From assembly GCA_905234485.1 (NCBI GenBank), contig CAJOHV010000005.1:15478-79477 (forward strand): a DNA stretch of 64,000 nucleotides, in the 5' to 3' direction. Made by a program: the position numbers and the translations under genes. Every line of letters starts with the position of its first letter. Position 1 is the stretch's first letter. The notes under the pieces were generated by a model. That model searched no databases. It saw only the letters and a program-made list of their open reading frames with translations, and was not told where the DNA came from. Shown piece after piece: positions 9,620 through 18,984 of this stretch. This DNA is from an uncultured Bacteroidales bacterium (GTDB taxonomy: Bacteria > Bacteroidota > Bacteroidia > Bacteroidales > UBA932).

Positions 9620-10929
9620 AATCTCAGCATATTTGTCTTGCGGTTCTGCAATATCTTGATCTTGAATTCGTTTTCGGATTCCTTTGCCTCCATGGCTTTC
9701 TGGAAGGCGCGGCGGGAAGCGAGCATCTGGTTGTTCTTGTGGCGCATCTTATCGAGATTCTCACGCAACTTCCACTGACTCAGCAGGATAGCGAAGAAGG
9801 CTATGGCGAACATAACCAGGAAACCTATCATAATCATCAACTGATTGTGAGCCTTCAGTTTCTGGGCTTCTTCGCGCAACTGGGCGTTGTGCATCTCGGC
9901 GTCCAGGATCGCGAGGTCTTCGTTCTGGACTTTGATGTAGGTGGAATCTTTATCGTGCATCAGGAGGGCGAGCTGACCATAGGCATTGTCGAAGTCGCCC
10001 AGATCGGCATAGATGCCGTGCTTTTTCTCCAGACGTCCGCGGAAGGTGCCGAGCGAGTCAGCGACCGAGAGGGCCTGGACAAGCAGGCCGCGCGAACGGA
10101 GGTAATCGATGTCCAGCGAGTAGCGCGAGTCGGCATCGGCCTGCATACGGTAGAGCGGGTCGGCGATGAGCGAGGAATAAATCTCGCTGAAAGAGTTCCA
10201 ATCGCCGGCGGCGTAGGCTATGTAAGCCCTTGTCATTCTGGACTTTATGCCGATGGAAGGGAAGTACTTCTCATATTCTTCAGACTGTGCGACATACTCT
10301 TCCGCCTTGGCGAAGTCGCGCATCTTCACATGCTCCTGCGAGAGGAGGAGATATAGGTTTGGCAGATCCTGCTCGGCGCGGGCGGCTTTGCAGAAATGTG
10401 CTGCTTCCTCGAGGTTGCGGATGGCGAGATGGTGGTTGTCGCGCGAGCTGTGGATCAGGCCGATGATACGGTAGGAGTACATCTTACCGGACGGCCGTTT
10501 TTCGGTGCCGGCGAGCCTGCCCATCGCTCGCGCTTCGAGCATGGCGTCGGAGGCGCGGCCGATATGGACCAGGTACTCGCAGTACTCGTGCATGAACGAG
10601 AAATAGAAATCGCGGGCCTCCTTCCGCTCGTGCAGCAGAGACTTAAGCTCCACTGCGGTGCTGTCCATGCGCTCGTACTGACGCAGAGCGAAACGCACAG
10701 GCATTTCGAGCGAGAGTGCCAGGCTTTTATAGCGGTAGTCGTCCTTGGCAACGCCGGCCGAGTAAATGGAATCGGCGACGGCGAGGTTTTCAGGGTTGAA
10801 CTGCTGCATGCGGCAGTAGGCATAGCGCAGGAAGGTCTTCTGGTCCACACGCAGACGGTTAACGATCTGCGCGCTGGCGCCGAGACACATCAGGCAAGCC
10901 AAGAGGCTGATGAGCAGTTTGCGCAGCAT
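9616..10929 (-). CDS. TPR-like periplasmic sensor-type membrane protein without kinase domain
   Basis: Signal peptide, helical-repeat ectodomain, one TM near the C-terminus, short coiled-coil tail; no H-box or HATPase motifs. Confidence 0.75.
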   Translation of the reverse strand: MLRKLLISLLACLMCLGASAQIVNRLRVDQKTFLRYAYCRMQQFNPENLAVADSIYSAGVAKDDYRYKSLALSLEMPVRFALRQYERMDSTAVELKSLLHERKEARDFYFSFMHEYCEYLVHIGRASDAMLEARAMGRLAGTEKRPSGKMYSYRIIGLIHSSRDNHHLAIRNLEEAAHFCKAARAEQDLPNLYLLLSQEHVKMRDFAKAEEYVAQSEEYEKYFPSIGIKSRMTRAYIAYAAGDWNSFSEIYSSLIADPLYRMQADADSRYSLDIDYLRSRGLLVQALSVADSLGTFRGRLEKKHGIYADLGDFDNAYGQLALLMHDKDSTYIKVQNEDLAILDAEMHNAQLREEAQKLKAHNQLMIMIGFLVMFAIAFFAILLSQWKLRENLDKMRHKNNQMLASRRAFQKAMEAKESENEFKIKILQNRKTNMLRL

Positions 10930-10931
10930 GA

Positions 10932-11351
10932 CTATTTCTGGCGGGACTGAACTATCTGGATCTGGGTGATGACGGTGGTGAGGAGCTTCTCCATGATAAT
11001 GGGTTTCATGATGAAGTCGTCTGCACCCACACTGAAGCCTTTCACCACATCTTCATTGGAGTTGAGGGCGCTGAGAATGACGATTCGGATGTCTGCGGTC
11101 TCGGGGTTTTCCCTGAGGCGTTTGATCACTTCGAAACCGTCTATGCCAGGCATCATAAGGTCCAGCAGGATGAGGTCGGGCTTCTGAGCGGCCACTGCAT
11201 CCAGCGCGGCCTGACCGTTGGCGGCGGTCCTCATCTTGAAGTTGAACTTAGTGAGCATTTTCTGCACCAACACCAGGTTGATGGGAATGTCGTCCACGGC
11301 AAGAACATTGAACTTGGAGTAGTCGTAGTCTTGAGCGTAAGAGGGTGTCAT
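10932..11351 (-). CDS. Single-domain response regulator (receiver only)
   Basis: VLAVDD, LILLDLMMPGIDG, ILSA, FIMKP. Confidence 0.93.
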   Translation of the reverse strand: MTPSYAQDYDYSKFNVLAVDDIPINLVLVQKMLTKFNFKMRTAANGQAALDAVAAQKPDLILLDLMMPGIDGFEVIKRLRENPETADIRIVILSALNSNEDVVKGFSVGADDFIMKPIIMEKLLTTVITQIQIVQSRQK

Positions 11352-12547
11352 TGATTATTCTTTCTAGATATGATAAATGCTACGAGTATACCTGAGACGA
11401 TAGCAAATATGCCGACGAGTATCCATAGCAATGTAATGAGTCTCTGCTGATTGTCCAGCTTCATATTGAGCTGGCGTTCGTTCATCATAGCCGTCATCTC
11501 TTCCATCTTCACATTATTCAAGCGATAGAAGTCGTGGTAGAGGGTAACAATGATGAAAGTTCCAAACCATGTGGCCACGTCATGGCGCTTGTATTTGATT
11601 GCCAAATCCCTGATGTATAGCATTTGGGAGCGGGCAACGACCTTTGTGCCAAGGACTTCTATTTCTCGGATAGGGGCATTATCCAAGATGGCGTCAATAC
11701 AGGGGAACAATGCTGATGCCCCGTAAATGACTGATTCCAGCGTGTCGTCTTTCAAACAGAAGTCGCGGTACTTGTAGTACTTATCCGGTTGCATATCAAA
11801 TGCTGCCAACTGCGCTTTGCCCAGAATGAAACGTAGAGTGTCCCCGCGGGTAAGGGCGTGCTCTTCGGCCTTGCGATAAAAAAATCTGGCGGAGTCCGAC
11901 CCGGTCGGATAGGTGCCGGCGAGATCGTAGCACTGGCGGGTGAAACTCTGTCTGCGTATAACCGGATCAGAAGTGTTGTCAAAAACTTCAACTGCGCGCA
12001 GGAGGTGTTTTCGAGCGTTAAGTATATCGTTCTGACGCTGGTAGAGCTGAGAGATGTAAATATTGCTCTGCCAAATTCCGTATTCGTTCTGCTTCCTTGC
12101 CGCTATATCCATCATCTCAGTGAGCAGTCTCTGTGCGTGAATCTCCTGACGGGTGTTCACATAGTAATTCTGGATGAGGGTGTAGGCATAATAGAAGTAC
12201 TGCTGGTATCCCGTTTCCTGGGCGACCTGAGTGGTCACCTTAAACTGACGATCGGCTGTTTCGTTGGCTTCGGTGATGTCTTTGGACTCTCTGGCAAAGC
12301 GTAAAACCCTTTTAAGGAGGCAAACGTAATGCAGAGTCCTGGCTTTTTCGTCTCCTACTTCCTGAGCTCTTTTCAGAAGAGCGTTGTTGGCAATGTCGAA
12401 GGCATCGTTGCTAGTGTCACCAACAAGCGCTTCTGCCATCTTGAAATACTCGTAGCAGGTGTCGTCTATGTCGTAGGGGTTGTTCTGCGCATGCGCAAAA
12501 GAGAGCGCGGCGCAGAGCAGAGCGGCTATGACTGAAAGGCGTTTCAT
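11348..12547 (-). CDS. Kinase-less paralog of the adjacent sensor kinase ectodomain
   Basis: Aligns by eye with 12544-14451 (NPYDIDDTCY/NPLGIDNTCY; YGIWQS/YGIWTS; DLAGTYP/DLADTYP); ends right after a C-terminal TM. Confidence 0.8.
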   Translation of the reverse strand: MKRLSVIAALLCAALSFAHAQNNPYDIDDTCYEYFKMAEALVGDTSNDAFDIANNALLKRAQEVGDEKARTLHYVCLLKRVLRFARESKDITEANETADRQFKVTTQVAQETGYQQYFYYAYTLIQNYYVNTRQEIHAQRLLTEMMDIAARKQNEYGIWQSNIYISQLYQRQNDILNARKHLLRAVEVFDNTSDPVIRRQSFTRQCYDLAGTYPTGSDSARFFYRKAEEHALTRGDTLRFILGKAQLAAFDMQPDKYYKYRDFCLKDDTLESVIYGASALFPCIDAILDNAPIREIEVLGTKVVARSQMLYIRDLAIKYKRHDVATWFGTFIIVTLYHDFYRLNNVKMEEMTAMMNERQLNMKLDNQQRLITLLWILVGIFAIVSGILVAFIISRKNNQ

Positions 12548-14451
12548 TGTTCTTTTGGATTAGTGGGTACGATAAGCACGAAACGAGCTCCCGGACCCGG
12601 GTGAGTGGTGTCCAGTTCCACTCGCGATTCCATTCTGGTGGCTATGTCGCGGCAGATGCTGAGGCCGAGGCCAGTGCCCTGGACGAATTCATTCAATTTA
12701 GTGAAGCGTTCGAATATCTTCTCGGCCTGGTCGGCGGGAACTCCGGGGCCGGTGTCAGTGACCGCAAAGGTCACAAAGCCTGGATTCTCAGTGAGAGAAC
12801 TCGAAAGCTTGATTTCTCCTTGAGTGGTGTGCTTGCAGGAGTTGGTGAGAAGGTTGATAATAATCTGCTGCACGCGCCTGGGATCCGTGCGGAATGTGAA
12901 GGGCGCCGGATCTTCGGGTTCGTAGTACATTCTGACTCCGGGCTGCAGACGGTGCTCTGCGCTGGAGATGGCGGACTCGCACATGAAGTTCTTTTCTCCT
13001 TCTTCGTAGGTTATGCGGTATTCGCCCTTGTCCATAGAAGACGCGTTAAGGATGTCGTCCAGGAGCATCGTAAGCATCTTGGTGTTGTTCACGATGTAGC
13101 CCGAATACTCATCCTTCTCCTCCGGAGTCAGCGTTCCGTCCGGCAGGGAAAGAAGCTGCGAGAATCCTACTATCGCATTAAGTGGAGTTCGGACTTCATG
13201 GCTCATGTTCTGCACGAAACGGGTCTTGGCAGCGTTAGCAAAAAGCACTTTTTCATTCGCATTCCTAAGTTGGTGGATATGAGTGAACGAGAAGAACGCC
13301 GTGCCCAGCAACAGGATAGCGAGCAGAATGGCAATCATGTGCGAAATTCTGGAAAGCTGGTGCTGCTTCTGCATTAGCTCGGCGTTGAGGGCGGCTTTGC
13401 CCATGGTCACGTCAAGCTCGGAAATGCGGGAGTGGTTGGTGTCGGAGATTATGACCTCCATATAGTTGACCAGTTTCTTCTCCACATTGAAAGCGAAGTC
13501 CGAATAGCCCCAGTTCTCGCAGAGGTTGGCAATCACCTTCATTTCTCGGACGGTGGCGAGCTGGTAGATTTCATTCTCACGCTCAATGATACTGCCGTCG
13601 CGGCATGCGTCGATCAGGGAGAAGAAAAGTCCGGATCGGCGTGTGATGGTGTTGAAGGAAGGGTCGTTCAGACAGATATCCCTGAGCTCCATATATTCGT
13701 CCATCCTGCTGTCCAAAGCCGCAAGACGCAGCTTGAAGTACACGCAGCGCAGGGAATCCAAATGGGATTTAGCGTTTGCTTCCGCGAGGGCGACATTGAT
13801 TCTCACCGAATCCGAGGCGATAGGGTAAGTGTCGGCCAGGTCGCAGTACAAGCGGGTAGGGGATTCCCGGCGGATGGCTTCATTGTCTGTGGTGTTGTAG
13901 AGATTGATAGCCTTCAGCAGATGGGGCTTTGCACTGACGTAGTCGTTGTTTCTGATGTAATTGTCAGCCAGATATCTTGAACTGGTCCAGATTCCGTAAG
14001 GGTCTTCTTCCGTGATAGCCTGATTCTGCATCTCTTCCAGAAGCAGAAGAGCGCGATAGGCCTCGCCATGCTTGGTATAATATTCCTGCGAAAGTCTGTA
14101 GGACAAATAGAAGTAATATGGCTGATTCTTTTCGCGGGCGACACGCTTCAACTCCTCTCGCGCTGCATTGACCTTGGCATCGTTGTCTTCTGAGGAAGGC
14201 CGCTCGATGTAATCTTTCAGCACTTCTACATGGTAAATTACCAGAGCTTTGGAATCTTTCTTTTCTATTGCGGCCTGGCGGAAGAGATCGGCTGCAGTGG
14301 CGAAACTGTCCTTGCCCAACTGCCTCTCCACCTCTTTATATAAGGCGTAGCAGGTGTTGTCTATCCCGAGGGGATTATCAGAAGCGGCAGCCGGAATCGC
14401 GAGCGAGAACACCAGCGAGACCAGCGCCGCAATGAAAAGCGTTCTTTTCAT
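12544..14451 (-). CDS. Sensor histidine kinase with TPR-like ectodomain
   Basis: H-box NMSHEVRTPLNAIVG, N-box NLLTNSCKH, DTGPG, GTGLGL. Confidence 0.95.
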   Translation of the reverse strand: MKRTLFIAALVSLVFSLAIPAAASDNPLGIDNTCYALYKEVERQLGKDSFATAADLFRQAAIEKKDSKALVIYHVEVLKDYIERPSSEDNDAKVNAAREELKRVAREKNQPYYFYLSYRLSQEYYTKHGEAYRALLLLEEMQNQAITEEDPYGIWTSSRYLADNYIRNNDYVSAKPHLLKAINLYNTTDNEAIRRESPTRLYCDLADTYPIASDSVRINVALAEANAKSHLDSLRCVYFKLRLAALDSRMDEYMELRDICLNDPSFNTITRRSGLFFSLIDACRDGSIIERENEIYQLATVREMKVIANLCENWGYSDFAFNVEKKLVNYMEVIISDTNHSRISELDVTMGKAALNAELMQKQHQLSRISHMIAILLAILLLGTAFFSFTHIHQLRNANEKVLFANAAKTRFVQNMSHEVRTPLNAIVGFSQLLSLPDGTLTPEEKDEYSGYIVNNTKMLTMLLDDILNASSMDKGEYRITYEEGEKNFMCESAISSAEHRLQPGVRMYYEPEDPAPFTFRTDPRRVQQIIINLLTNSCKHTTQGEIKLSSSLTENPGFVTFAVTDTGPGVPADQAEKIFERFTKLNEFVQGTGLGLSICRDIATRMESRVELDTTHPGPGARFVLIVPTNPKEQ

Positions 14452-14454
14452 CGG

Positions 14455-15534
14455 CTAGAATTCGTCGTTGTTTTCGTAGATCTTAGTCTCCCAATCGCTT
14501 ACGCTGGGAGCGAAGGTGATTTCGTGATATAGTTTTCCGGTGTCCAGACCGAGGTGGAAGGTGTACTGCTTGCCGTAGGCCATGATGTTGTCCGGCAGTA
14601 CGCCGTAGAGCATGTAATTTGCTCTCTGGTTCTTCAACTCGCCGTAGGTGAAGCCGTTCAGTGTGAAGGCTTCCACATCGTAAATAACTTCCACAGTCTG
14701 CTTGCCCATCACGAGTTCGTCAGGGATTGCATAGAAGCGATAACTGTCCGCCATGCGGGGTACGAGAGTCTCACGGCCGATGAACATTTCGTTCTCCATG
14801 CCGACTCCCACGGGCGCGTCTCCTTCGAAGACGACTTCGTCGCGGTAATATCCACGGCGATGCCAGAAGCCGCCGCCGGCCTGTATGTCGTTAACGAAGA
14901 TACCAGCAGAAGCGATCTTGGTGGCTGTCACCTTCCTGAGGTGGATCAAGCCCTTAAGATTCTTATCCGTCGTGACGTCGCAGATCTTGAAACCTATATC
15001 GTTCGTGATATGTTGGAACTCGAGCGGGACCATATTGAGCTGGTCCACAGCTGCCTGAACGGTCTTGGAAACCAGGGGACCGGCCTGAGTGTCCGCATTG
15101 CTGAACGGAATGCTATAGGTCTGATAATCTTCTCCGTAGACCAGATTGTTTACGTGCGGGTAATACGCGCTGAAGGAAATTGTGTTGGGGCTGTCCCAGA
15201 GGCCGTTCTCGAAGAAGCCGCGGTACAGACCGCCGGAGTAGGACACTTCTTCGTTGTCCAGCATGAGAGTTCCTGTCTCGAAGTCCACACCCACAAGTCC
15301 GAATGACTTGGACTTGTCCATGGTGGCTATCTTATCAGATTCTTCGAATTCGCCGCCTTTACTGATGGCGCCTTGGGGAATCTTTTCGCCGTCGCGTGTG
15401 ACTTCGACCGGGAATGTGATCTGCTTCTTTCCGCCAGCCTGAGGCATGTCGGGGGAATCCAGGTCCATTGAACAGGAAATGACTGCTGCTGCGATGGCAG
15501 CAAGGGCAAAGGGTCTCAGTGTTAGTGCTCTCAA
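14455..15534 (-). CDS. Fimbrillin-family (Mfa-like) lipoprotein
   Basis: Lipobox VISC, FSAYYP, VPLEFQH, C-terminal GKQYTFHLGL..ITFAPSVSDW typical of type V pilins. Confidence 0.8.
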   Translation of the reverse strand: MRALTLRPFALAAIAAAVISCSMDLDSPDMPQAGGKKQITFPVEVTRDGEKIPQGAISKGGEFEESDKIATMDKSKSFGLVGVDFETGTLMLDNEEVSYSGGLYRGFFENGLWDSPNTISFSAYYPHVNNLVYGEDYQTYSIPFSNADTQAGPLVSKTVQAAVDQLNMVPLEFQHITNDIGFKICDVTTDKNLKGLIHLRKVTATKIASAGIFVNDIQAGGGFWHRRGYYRDEVVFEGDAPVGVGMENEMFIGRETLVPRMADSYRFYAIPDELVMGKQTVEVIYDVEAFTLNGFTYGELKNQRANYMLYGVLPDNIMAYGKQYTFHLGLDTGKLYHEITFAPSVSDWETKIYENNDEF

Positions 15535-15607
15535 AGTCTTGCTTTTTTATAGATTTTACCAAAGGTAAACATAATTTTTTGAATTCGGTTCTGACTCTCC
15601 TTTTTGT

Positions 15608-16261
15608 TTATGCGTTCACGAGACCGTCGGAGACGGCGCGGGCGACGCATTCGATTATGCTGTCCAGGCCGAATTTGCCTTTGATGCGCTCTTTGTAGGA
15701 GTCCACGGTGTTGAGAGTGATTTCGAGGGCGGAGGCAATCTGGGCGTTGCTGTAGCCGGAGGTAGTGAGTTGCAGAACTTCCAGTTCGCGGGGAGTGAGG
15801 CCCTGGGGTTTACGGGCGTGGAGGTTGTCCTCGCCTCCGAAAAGGCGGGTGATCTTTGCGGCGTCTATGGTCTCGCCGAAGAAAAGGCACTTGCCGTCTA
15901 CCACATCGATGATGGCGGCGGCGATGGATTCGGGAGAAGAGTCTTTGGCCAGATATGCCGCAGCTCCGGATGAGATGGCCCTCATAATAAAAGCAGGCTT
16001 TTTATAGTGGGACAGCACAAGCGTGCGAACGGTGGGGAAGGCCTCCCGAAGAATGCCAAGAAGCGTGAGTCCGTCGGTTTCGGATTCAAGGGTAATGTCC
16101 ACCACGGCGACATCAGTTTCCGGATGGGCGTTGAGAAAGGCCACGGCGGTGCCCGGGGTGCCCACGGAGTCTATCCGCGAAATCTCCGGATTAGCAGACA
16201 GAGCCAGTTTGAGCCCCATCACAAACACGGTGGAATCTTCGATGAGAAGTACGTTTATCAT
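15608..16261 (-). CDS. NarL/LuxR-family response regulator
   Basis: Likely start MINVLLIED; receiver domain plus LTPRELEVL..GYSNAQIA..TV HTH; ATGA overlap with the kinase. Confidence 0.93.
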   Translation of the reverse strand: MINVLLIEDSTVFVMGLKLALSANPEISRIDSVGTPGTAVAFLNAHPETDVAVVDITLESETDGLTLLGILREAFPTVRTLVLSHYKKPAFIMRAISSGAAAYLAKDSSPESIAAAIIDVVDGKCLFFGETIDAAKITRLFGGEDNLHARKPQGLTPRELEVLQLTTSGYSNAQIASALEITLNTVDSYKERIKGKFGLDSIIECVARAVSDGLVNA

Positions 16262-18960
16262 AATTGTATCGTTATTTCGAGTCCCTCCCCGAGAAGGTTC
16301 CGGGATGAGAGGGAAGCGCCCATTTTTTCGAGCAACTCGCGGGTGAGGACAAGGCCCAGGCCGTGGCCCCACTCCGTGTCAGCCTTCATTCCCGGGCCTT
16401 GGTCGGTAATCCGGATTTGCGTTCCCTGGGCGTTCAATACCACTTTTCCTCCCTTGGGAGTCACCTTCACGGCATTATCCAGAAGGTTGCGAAGGCAGGT
16501 GAGAAGCATATTGCGGTCCGTGCGGACAGTCAGGTTCGAAGGGACAATAATTTCTATGCAGTCCCCGTGGAGGATGCTCTTCGCGGCCTCCTCCGAGAGC
16601 GAACGAAGATTCTCCTCGCGCATAACCGGTTTCAGCATACCCTTCTGATTAAGGGACCATAGCAACAGGTTCTCGAGCAAGGCTGAAGTGGTGTCGGCAG
16701 AACCGGCCAGTTCCTCAAGCGCCTCTTTAATTTGTTCGGGGGAAAGTTGATCCACCTGCTGAAGCAGTTGATGCGAAAGCAGACGGTTACCGGCGACGGG
16801 ATTGCGCAGATCGTGCGAGATGATCGAGAACAGTTGGTTGCGCATGTCCACTTCCTTCTCGAGCAATCTTCGCTCACGAAGGCGTATAATCGTCCACACT
16901 AGGGCTGCCAGCGCGAGCGCATAGAGCAGAAGGAAAGGCCAGCGTAGCCATAGCGGCAGCGGAACGAGTATGACGCTGACGGCGCTTTCGCCCTGGTCCC
17001 AGCGGCCGAAGATGTCGCTCCTCTGTTCCTCAAGGGTGTAGCGGCCGGGGAGCGTGTTGTCCGGGAAACCGTTGAAACGGCCTTCTGTCCACGGACCTCC
17101 ATTCAGGCGGTAGCGATGCTGCACAAGCGACTCTAGGAGCATGTTGCCGGATGCGCTCAGGGAGAGCAGGCTGTCCGGGTGGAAGACGGCGGCGCCTTCA
17201 GGGCCTCCGAAAGCCAAACAGCCGTTGGCCAAACGGCAGGAAACGTGCTCGCCGTAGATATCGGACGGGAAACCAAGGGCTTTCCGCGCTACGCCTATGC
17301 TGCCGTCGGTCCCTATGAAATACAGGCCCTCCTCCGTCCCGGCCCACAGGCGCCCGTTGGCGTCGGCCTCCACGGACTGCACCAACTTCCCGTCCAGATA
17401 ATGAGCGCCTGTCGGGCTCCATAGTCCGCTGCGGGTGGCGGCCCAGACGGTGCCGTCTGGGGCGAGGCAGAGGTCGGTGACATAGTCATCCGGGATGGCG
17501 GAATTGCCTTTGTAGTATTTGGTGACAAGGCCGGTTTCGGCATCGATTATGTTGAGCCCGGCCTCCGTCGTGGCATAAACCAGATTGCCGTGCGAATCCT
17601 CAATGATCCTGCTGCCGAGGCGGGAGCTTACATATATGTTGGAATCAACCTGTGGAGTGGGGTAGCGGAAGGGACTCAGCCAATGCGGAGGCAGGCTGCG
17701 ATGTCGTTCCCGGTCCCATTCGTTGAGGCCTACGCCTTCCCAAGTTACTACCCAAAACCTTCCGCGGCTGTCTTCGAGGAAATCGGAAATCCAGTTGGCT
17801 CCGGAAAGGCTTTCGGCCGCCGGATGCTGCGGCGGAGGCGTCGGACCTGTCAGGCGATCCTTGCGCATCCTGCCGTTTTTCCAAACTTCCCATCCGGTGT
17901 TGTTCCATAGGCCCACATAAACAACTCCTTTGCTGTCTTCGTAGAGGCTGGACACCCTGTCTTCGGCCCTGCCTATCCAGAGTTTGCCGCGGCTGTCCTC
18001 GAGCAGCGCGGTGACATTGTCCGTAGAGATGGTTTGAATGTTCTTAAGCGCCGTGGAGATGGCGGACAGGCCGTTGTCTCCGCCCACCCAAATGTTGTTC
18101 GAGCGGTCTTCAAAAATGCAGTAAAGTTCCGTGGACGGTGTTTTAAACACGGGAGTCTCGGCCGGTTTTTCCAGATTCACGGCCCCCACACCGTAAGTGC
18201 CGGCGGCCCAGAGACGACCGTCATGGGTGGTCAGCAGCCTGGCGTGCGCTATCGGGAGTTTGCCTCGGAGGATTACTTTTCCATCCTCATAAGTATACAG
18301 AAGAGATGTGTGGTCGTCGAAGGCATAGAGTTCGCCGCCGGTCTCGGCATAACTGCCGGAACAGAACCCTCCGTTTCCGAATGGATGTATAATCTGGGGA
18401 TGCTCCCTGTCTTCAATGTACTGAAAGCGGACGATACGGCCGGCGGGCCAGAGTTTGCCGTCCTGCGCCTCATATATCTGGTAATATGGATAGTCTCCCT
18501 CAGAGTCGCGTTTATCATAAAAGCACCTGGCGTGTTCGATGATGCCGTCACGGTAAGAGAGTTTAAGCAGCAGCGTGTCTCCCACGGTCGCCCAAACATA
18601 GCCATCGGAATCGGTGAGCAGCGCACGGATATTGCCCTTCGGGCCGGGAGATTGCCGATCGGGGCCGGCAATGACCTCCAAGCCCTCGGTCGTTCCCGCC
18701 CAGATTCTGTTCTCCCTGTCGACTGCCAGCGATGTGATGCGTTTGTCTGGTATAACAGTTTTAAACTCTATCCCATCGAAGCGGCACAGCCCACGGCGAG
18801 TGCCCACCCATAGTATCCCGTCGGAGTCCTGAGTGATGGCGTACACCGTATTTGACGGCAGACCGTCTGAGGAATCAAAATGAAACGTCATGCCCGGCTG
18901 CGACCGGGCATCTGTTGCCAGGGATGCGATAAGAGTGAGTATGAAAAGAAAACGGCGCAT
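16258..18960 (-). CDS. Beta-propeller (two-component regulator propeller) sensor histidine kinase
   Basis: GLPSNTVYAITQDSDGILWVGT-type repeats, TM, SHDLRNP H-box, NLLDNAVK, DQGPG, GLGL. Confidence 0.9.
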   Translation of the reverse strand: MRRFLFILTLIASLATDARSQPGMTFHFDSSDGLPSNTVYAITQDSDGILWVGTRRGLCRFDGIEFKTVIPDKRITSLAVDRENRIWAGTTEGLEVIAGPDRQSPGPKGNIRALLTDSDGYVWATVGDTLLLKLSYRDGIIEHARCFYDKRDSEGDYPYYQIYEAQDGKLWPAGRIVRFQYIEDREHPQIIHPFGNGGFCSGSYAETGGELYAFDDHTSLLYTYEDGKVILRGKLPIAHARLLTTHDGRLWAAGTYGVGAVNLEKPAETPVFKTPSTELYCIFEDRSNNIWVGGDNGLSAISTALKNIQTISTDNVTALLEDSRGKLWIGRAEDRVSSLYEDSKGVVYVGLWNNTGWEVWKNGRMRKDRLTGPTPPPQHPAAESLSGANWISDFLEDSRGRFWVVTWEGVGLNEWDRERHRSLPPHWLSPFRYPTPQVDSNIYVSSRLGSRIIEDSHGNLVYATTEAGLNIIDAETGLVTKYYKGNSAIPDDYVTDLCLAPDGTVWAATRSGLWSPTGAHYLDGKLVQSVEADANGRLWAGTEEGLYFIGTDGSIGVARKALGFPSDIYGEHVSCRLANGCLAFGGPEGAAVFHPDSLLSLSASGNMLLESLVQHRYRLNGGPWTEGRFNGFPDNTLPGRYTLEEQRSDIFGRWDQGESAVSVILVPLPLWLRWPFLLLYALALAALVWTIIRLRERRLLEKEVDMRNQLFSIISHDLRNPVAGNRLLSHQLLQQVDQLSPEQIKEALEELAGSADTTSALLENLLLWSLNQKGMLKPVMREENLRSLSEEAAKSILHGDCIEIIVPSNLTVRTDRNMLLTCLRNLLDNAVKVTPKGGKVVLNAQGTQIRITDQGPGMKADTEWGHGLGLVLTRELLEKMGASLSSRNLLGEGLEITIQL

Positions 18961-18984
18961 TCTTCAGTAAAGTTATCAATTCCG

